From the human T2T-CHM13v2.0 reference genome, Homo sapiens, in NCBI RefSeq assembly GCF_009914755.1, contig NC_060940.1: a DNA stretch of 64,000 bases; one strand, given 5' to 3'. A model generated the notes under the pieces. That model was given only the letters and a program-made list of their open reading frames with translations, was not told where the DNA came from and ran no database searches. Positions 56,206 to 64,000 of this stretch are shown piece after piece (the stretch's first letter is position 1; every line of letters begins with the position of its first letter). A program made the translations under genes and the position numbers.

Positions 56206-56861
56206 CATAAACCCTAGTTTTAAACAAACAGAATATATAACATAGCACAAACATAAACAAAATTGCTAACCACCAGTCCATCCCAATCTCCTCTCTGGGA
56301 GCTATCTGATGATAATGGAGTCTAGAAATGCTCAGAGAGGAATGGATCACATTCTTTAGGCCTAAAGAATGGGAAACTTTTTCAAGAACGTCATCTAAGT
56401 ATTGGAGACTTTTCTTTTTGGTATAATCTAGTCAAATAGTTACGGATCAAATGTTTGAGAGATGTAGGAGCTTAAATGATAAAACACTAAACTGTTATCC
56501 ACAAAAACCTAAGTCATCTTAAGAACAGGAAATGCTAATCATACCAAGAAAGAAATATCAATTGTTCTTGGTAATGCTACAATGACATCTAGACATTGAT
56601 CTTGGACTCAACTATTCCATGGGGTTTCTACCAAGCTCAATCATTAACATCAACAACATACAGAAACATACAGATTACTAGTTAGGAAAATAAATGAGCA
56701 CTGCAATGGAGAAAAATTACTCATGATTTTCTCTTTCTAAAGACATCATTAACAGCAGTGTTTGTTGAAATGAATGACCGAGGGCTAAAATTGTATTCCA
56801 GAGCTGCATAAACAGCAATCCTACTAAAAACTGTCTTGCTGTTAATTTCCAACACTACTTA

Positions 56862-57110
<249 letters not shown>

Positions 57111-60100
57111 TTACCATGACAGACATTAGCATAAAGAAACCATGGTACAAAAAAAGTGCATATATTGTACTCAGACACAGGATTTGTACAGTTAACTAAA
57201 GTTAATGAAACAGCAGAGACTGGAATCTTGCTCTCTGGACTCTTAAAGCCAGAGCTTCCATTAGATCAAGCTGCTCCTCCATACTTTAACTTTCAAGTGT
57301 AGATAACACTATCCTTAAATGCTTAGAGAAATGGTTATCTGAACATTAGTAATCCTCTGGTTTTATACCATGGCTGCTATTTCAACATTACCAATTTGGC
57401 TAATAATTAATGTCCCCCTGCATTCCACTGACTACTAATCTAATCAGAAAGTTTTAATTATGGGTGCTAATGGCTAATTTCTTTTTCCTAAAACTAAGCC
57501 ACCGTTTTTCATCAACATCCCTCCAGTTATTTTCTATTTCTCTCAGTCAACTATCCTCAGATTTTTCTTGCACCACAGCCTTTCCTTTTCACAGCAACTC
57601 TTCTACTTTCTCTTTTTGTCCTCTAAACCTATTTACTAGCCTTTGGCATTTATTCTATTCAGTCTCCTTATTGTTTCCTTCTCCTCATCTGAATCTTCTA
57701 CCCACCATATCTAATCGAAAACTCTCTTCCTTTACCAATAATTTAAAATATGGCTCAAACTGTTAAAGACAGTTTTCATCTTGCCTAATAAGGATCAAAT
57801 TTTTCTTTAAAGATAGTTAAAAAATCCATACTTATATGTTGTAAGCCCTTAATTAAAGCCTTACAGCAAGAAGCCTTTGAGTACGAATTTAGGCCACATT
57901 TGCCCATCCAAGGTATCTATTCTACCAAAAGCCCTTGACATTAATAGTCAACATTATTGTATCTACCCCACTCAGCCATTCTTGAAAGGGGAAAAAATCA
58001 AGGTTGCCAAAACTTTAAAAATTACTTTAATTCCAGAAGCCAAGTTCTAGGCATATGAAAAAGCTCTAAAATAATTAAAATATACCATTCCAGGATGCTT
58101 TAAAAATTTAAAGAACATCCCCGGTAGATCCAATGCTAAATCTAAAACCATCATCCATAGCAGCAGCAGATATGCTACATAGAACGACGTGCCAAGCAAT
58201 TTTTTAAAACGCTTTACATATATTAACATTTAATTCTGACAACCTGAGTTAGAAAGAATTAAGGATAGCCATTACACATCTCTGTTGCAAGAGCCAGCTC
58301 CAATATATCAGTAAGGAGATGTGAAGATGAAATGTCAGAATTTTCACCTGTGAAATCAGAGTGCCAGCCCAGACATACATATTGTTCTCATCATACTGTG
58401 AGCTTCATAAAGCAGGGGCTACACCTTACTTCCTCACCACTGTATATCCAGTATTGTGCACAGTGCCTGGTACAAAGTAGGCATTCATGCAATATTTCCT
58501 AAAATAAAATATACTGGGGGAGAGGGCATTTGTTTTCAACTTAATGTTAACTCAGGTGAACTTAAGTTCACAACACAATTATTATTTCTGAATATTTGTA
58601 TTTACACAGGAGAGGAAATGTACTGTAAATCAACCCATAATTTTAATAGAGCGAAGATTAAAATATCTTACTGAAAGCTAACTATTTTGCCAATTCTACA
58701 AAATGGTTGGATGCAAATTAATTCAGTAATCAAGACAAAACAAGAAAAGACTGTGGGTTTTAGTTCTAATAACCACCGAAAGTAATCCAGAAGCTGTGCT
58801 TTCACACTTTTAAAAAGGATAACATTTGCCTTTACCATTTGATGGATTTTTTCTTAATTTTTAAAAAAATTTTTGTAGAGACAGCCTATGTTGCCCAGAC
58901 TGATCTCCAACTCCTGGCCTCAAGTGATCCTCCCACCTCAGCCTCCCAAGGTGCTGGGAGTACAGTCGTGAGCCGCCACTCCTGAGAACTTTTATACACA
59001 CAACTATCAACTAATTCCAGATTTTATAAACCCAGCATTTCCATTATCTAAATTTCCAAGCCAACACGTTTTGCAAAATAAAACAATGTTAACCATCTTT
59101 TCAACTTCAAATCACTTTTGGTTGGGGGACGGGGAGACAATGTCCGTTTATTTTAATATGAAACAGAGAAACACCTAAACTGCCTTACGAAAACATCAAT
59201 ACCACCAAATCCTTGCACTTGTACCCTGACTGGCATAAACTGGCCACTTTCCTCCATCCTGGCATAAAATGGAGGCACCGCGTTGCCTCGAAAACAAATC
59301 CTCAGAAACGATTTTAAAAAGCATTACTGACAATTTCTTGATTAAGACACCCCAAACGCCAATTACCTGCTACAGCGAGTCTGCTTCTGAGAATGACCTT
59401 GAAATGCAATGGTTTGAAGTGTTGAAACAGAAAGGTGTTGAAAATAAAACACAGCCCACAATGGGTTTTCTGGTACAAACATTCTGGTTCCCTCCAGTCT
59501 GAAAGCCCAACCATAGCAGCATCCTTACTCCCAAGGAGGGGCCTACTTGTGGTGCCTGGGATGCCGGCATTGAGACATCAGACGACGCGAAGGCATAAGG
59601 CATGGGGCAGGGCAGACAGCCCTGAGCACATGAATAAAATGTGTTGTATTCAAAAACTGAAGTATTAAGTGGCACCTAAAAGGAAGAAAACTAGACCTAG
59701 GCATTACAGCTAGATCTCGAAACCTTACTGTCAGAGTGAAATCTGCAAAAATGATACTAGGTTATACCATTCGTATCACATCAACACTCACAAAGCAATA
59801 CCATGTACGTGATGCGAAAGCATAAACAATTCACTGGAAGGATTAAAAAAACACACATTTTGAAGTCGGTTACCTCTGGAGAGGTGGGGAAAGGATGAGT
59901 TAAAAGCAAACTCCGTTTTTCCCCATTATGACCGAATACATAGGATGGGAACAAGCCTTCCTTTCAGAAAAGGACTCTAACCCTGGAGGCTGGAGGATGA
60001 GAAAGGGGCCTGAGAGAGGGAGGAAGGCGCGCATCCGCCAGCGGGAGTTGGAGGCGGGGAGGTGCAGAGGCGTGAAGCGCGCCGAAAAGCCGGGGGCGCG

Positions 60101-60160
60101 TCGGAGAGTCTATAGGAGCTTTCACGAGAGAAATGCCCGCCAAGGCCGCGCCGCACTTAC

Positions 60161-60276
60161 AGGTTGATGGTGCGCTCCAGGGTGAGGGGCTTCGTCTGCT
60201 GGATGTACTTGTTGCCGAACTGAGTGACCCCCCGGGGCCAGCCGGTCTGCGAGCGATTGGGCGGTACCACAGACAT
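60161..60276 (-). CDS. NUDT21: NUDT21 (CFIm25/CPSF5) coding exon 1 (116 nt)
   Basis: ATG 60276-60274; [40 protein letters not shown]|gtaagt. Confidence 0.97.
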
Positions 60277-60881
<605 letters not shown>

Positions 60882-62221
60882 TAGGGATCTCTGAAAAAGC
60901 CCTGGGACTCGCGCCCAGCCTTGGGCAGCGGGGCCGCAAGGGAAGAGGCTCTTAGAGGACTTTGGCCACCTCCTACTCTCCTGCCTCGGCTGCTGCTCCC
61001 TTTCACTCCAAATTCGGTTGCAATTTAGAAACGTGAGAAGAGGGAGAAATGGAGGCCGGAGAGTTTTGGGAAGCAGAGGGTATGCAAGAGATAGTTGCAT
61101 TCTGGAGTCAAAGATTACTGAGTTAGAATCCTCTCCCCTGATTGGGCGTCGCCAGGCAATGGAATTAACCTTATTAAACTTCAGTTGCTTCCTAAGTAAA
61201 ATGGGATAGTTCATAATATTTACCTCGGAAAGTCGGTGAATGGGAGCGACACACTAATGCTTGCAGGCTTCAGTAAATGTTTCCCTGAGTAAGGCCCAAT
61301 ACACATGTGGACAAATACAGGAGTGGCTGATGTCATTTCTCCTGCAAGGGCATTGCTCAGCTGTCCCAGGAGAGTCTAGCCAGGGCATTTGTCGTGAGCT
61401 GCCAGCTTGGCTCCCTAGTGTACTCGTCTCTACGCGCCTGTAGTTTGACTCCATGATGTATGAAAATAAACGCGCTTTGACCAAGGAAAGGCGCCTACGT
61501 TGAACGATTCCAGCCTCAGCTTTAAATATCACCTTAGGTGTTCAGAGCTCTGCTTCATGCGCCAGGCATCCCCTTCTAGAGTTTGCCGTAATTTTTCTTT
61601 CCGTTGTCAAGTGCTTTGAAGAGGTGAGTCCTGGGTAGGCTGGATGCCTATAGAAAACGATAGCTTAGTGTTTAAGTGCAGGCTCTGTACTCTCAGTTTC
61701 TTCATCTGTAGAATGGGGAGAGTGATAATGTCTCCCTCAGAGCTGTTAAAAAGATTGAATGAGATCATGGGCCTGGCACCTGGTAGGTGGTGCTGATGAT
61801 TACAGGATGGTGATCTAGCCAGCCGGAAGCAGTGGGTAAATGTTGGGGTAGAAATCAAGGAATTAGAGGTGGTTATGCCCGAACTGAACTGATTTTTTTT
61901 TTAAGTACAGTAAGTAGTAAATGCCTCTGACAGTAACTTGGGAAAAGCAAAAGCAGGGAAACTGCCGACCAGTATTGCTACTCTCATTTAATGTGCTACC
62001 CAAAGTTTGAGGGAAATGAATTAAAAATCTAAAATACATTCAATTCAATATGTAATCATTGAAACACATAAAAAAAAGAGTAGGAACCTTGATTTAGTGA
62101 CATCACCCATCACTCATCTCAAGGACTGGAGTTGTAAGCATGGTATCTTTAAAAGTAGTATTTAATGGGTAAAGAAGAAAGGTCAGAGCTTATCATTTTT
62201 TCCCCAAATCTTAGACTTTAA

Positions 62222-62503
<282 letters not shown>

Positions 62504-62937
62504 TAACTCTTCCAGCTTGGAAATTCACTGTCTATGAAGTCATTGAATACCTTTAGACTTGAGGTTTTAGGGTGGGTTTGCCTTGAACAGTCCTTGCATT
62601 GACATTCTTAAGAGCATGCCTTCATTTAACCAAGCTTACTGAGTGTTAACTATGTGTTAAGTGCTATAATTATATGGAAGCCTTAGACAGTGCCTGCCCT
62701 GTAAGACTTTAAAATCTAGTGTTCAAAGTGCAAGCTCTGTACTCTCAAAGACTTCTCAGTTTCTTCATCTGCAGGATGGAGAGAGTGATAATGTCTTCCC
62801 TAGGTACACAGGTTTCTATGGGTCTCATGGCTTTACCTCCTCTTGGATGTCTAGTAAGTGTCTGACACTTAAGTCTAAAACTGAATTCTTGGTCTTCTCT
62901 AAATTTGCTCCACCTGTAGTTTTCCCCATCACAGTTA

Positions 62938-63432
<495 letters not shown>

Positions 63433-64000
63433 AGAGTTTTGAGTTCATGTTTTTGTTTCAGGTGACTTGCTATATTACAGTATGCTCTACATTGCAGTAG
63501 GGCAAAGCGTTAAATCCGTTCTTTTTTTTTTGGTGGACAGTTTAATTGGGCAGAAAAGACTATCTCTTTTTTTTTTTTTTTAAGTTTGGTTTTTCTACTC
63601 CGGAAGACACAGCCTAGTCTAGGTATAGAAATACAGGTCATTGGTTTCCCCAGTTTGGGGGTATATCTTTCAGTACATGAATCCTTTGTAAACCTCAGGG
63701 ACATCTGTGCTTCAAATTGGGGGGGGAAAAAAAAAAGAAAGATTAAAAAGATGAAGAATAATTTTTTTTTTTGCATTTTCCCATTTTATTTTATCTGGGA
63801 TAAGAGAGTAAATAACGAATTTCTCTCTCTTATTCTTTTACACTAGAGCTGATTGGTCAGATGGTTGTATCCTGACCTTCCCCAGATCTTTCTGTCTTTG
63901 GACCTTATACACATGACTGAATTAACCAGGATAAATACATGAAAGATATGACTCTTAATAATTCAGAAAGCTGAAAACTAAACTGCTTTCCATGGTAAGG

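Overview
Human genomic DNA (a human-specific AluYb9 is present); gene content matches the AMFR-NUDT21-OGFOD1 locus on chromosome 16q, recognised from memory of the proteins. The window holds AMFR/gp78 coding exons 1-8 (minus strand; later exons lie left of the window), the complete 7-exon NUDT21/CFIm25 gene with a ~3.6 kb 3'UTR (minus), and OGFOD1 exons 1-2 (plus). NUDT21 and OGFOD1 share a compact bidirectional CpG-island promoter. All exon boundaries were read as GT-AG and their phases sum to the expected proteins. The rest is repeat-rich intron: a full-length inactive L1PA4/5-type element carrying an AluYb9, about 30 other Alus, and old L1M/MIR/L2/MaLR/Tigger/MER58 fragments. I found no new protein-coding system. 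The most notable unexplained structures are: (1) a probable ~670 bp L1 3' transduction containing a minisatellite and two abutting perfect 21-bp hairpins; (2) a complex templated insertion (direct plus inverted copies of neighbouring DNA) that splits an Alu in AMFR intron 1, with smaller templated or fold-back insertions elsewhere; (3) a GCN repeat upstream of the AMFR ATG that reads as in-frame poly-Ala; (4) UGUA/poly(A)-signal arrangements suggesting CFIm25 autoregulation and possibly regulation of its neighbour AMFR. Repeat subfamily names and boundaries were assigned by eye and are approximate.
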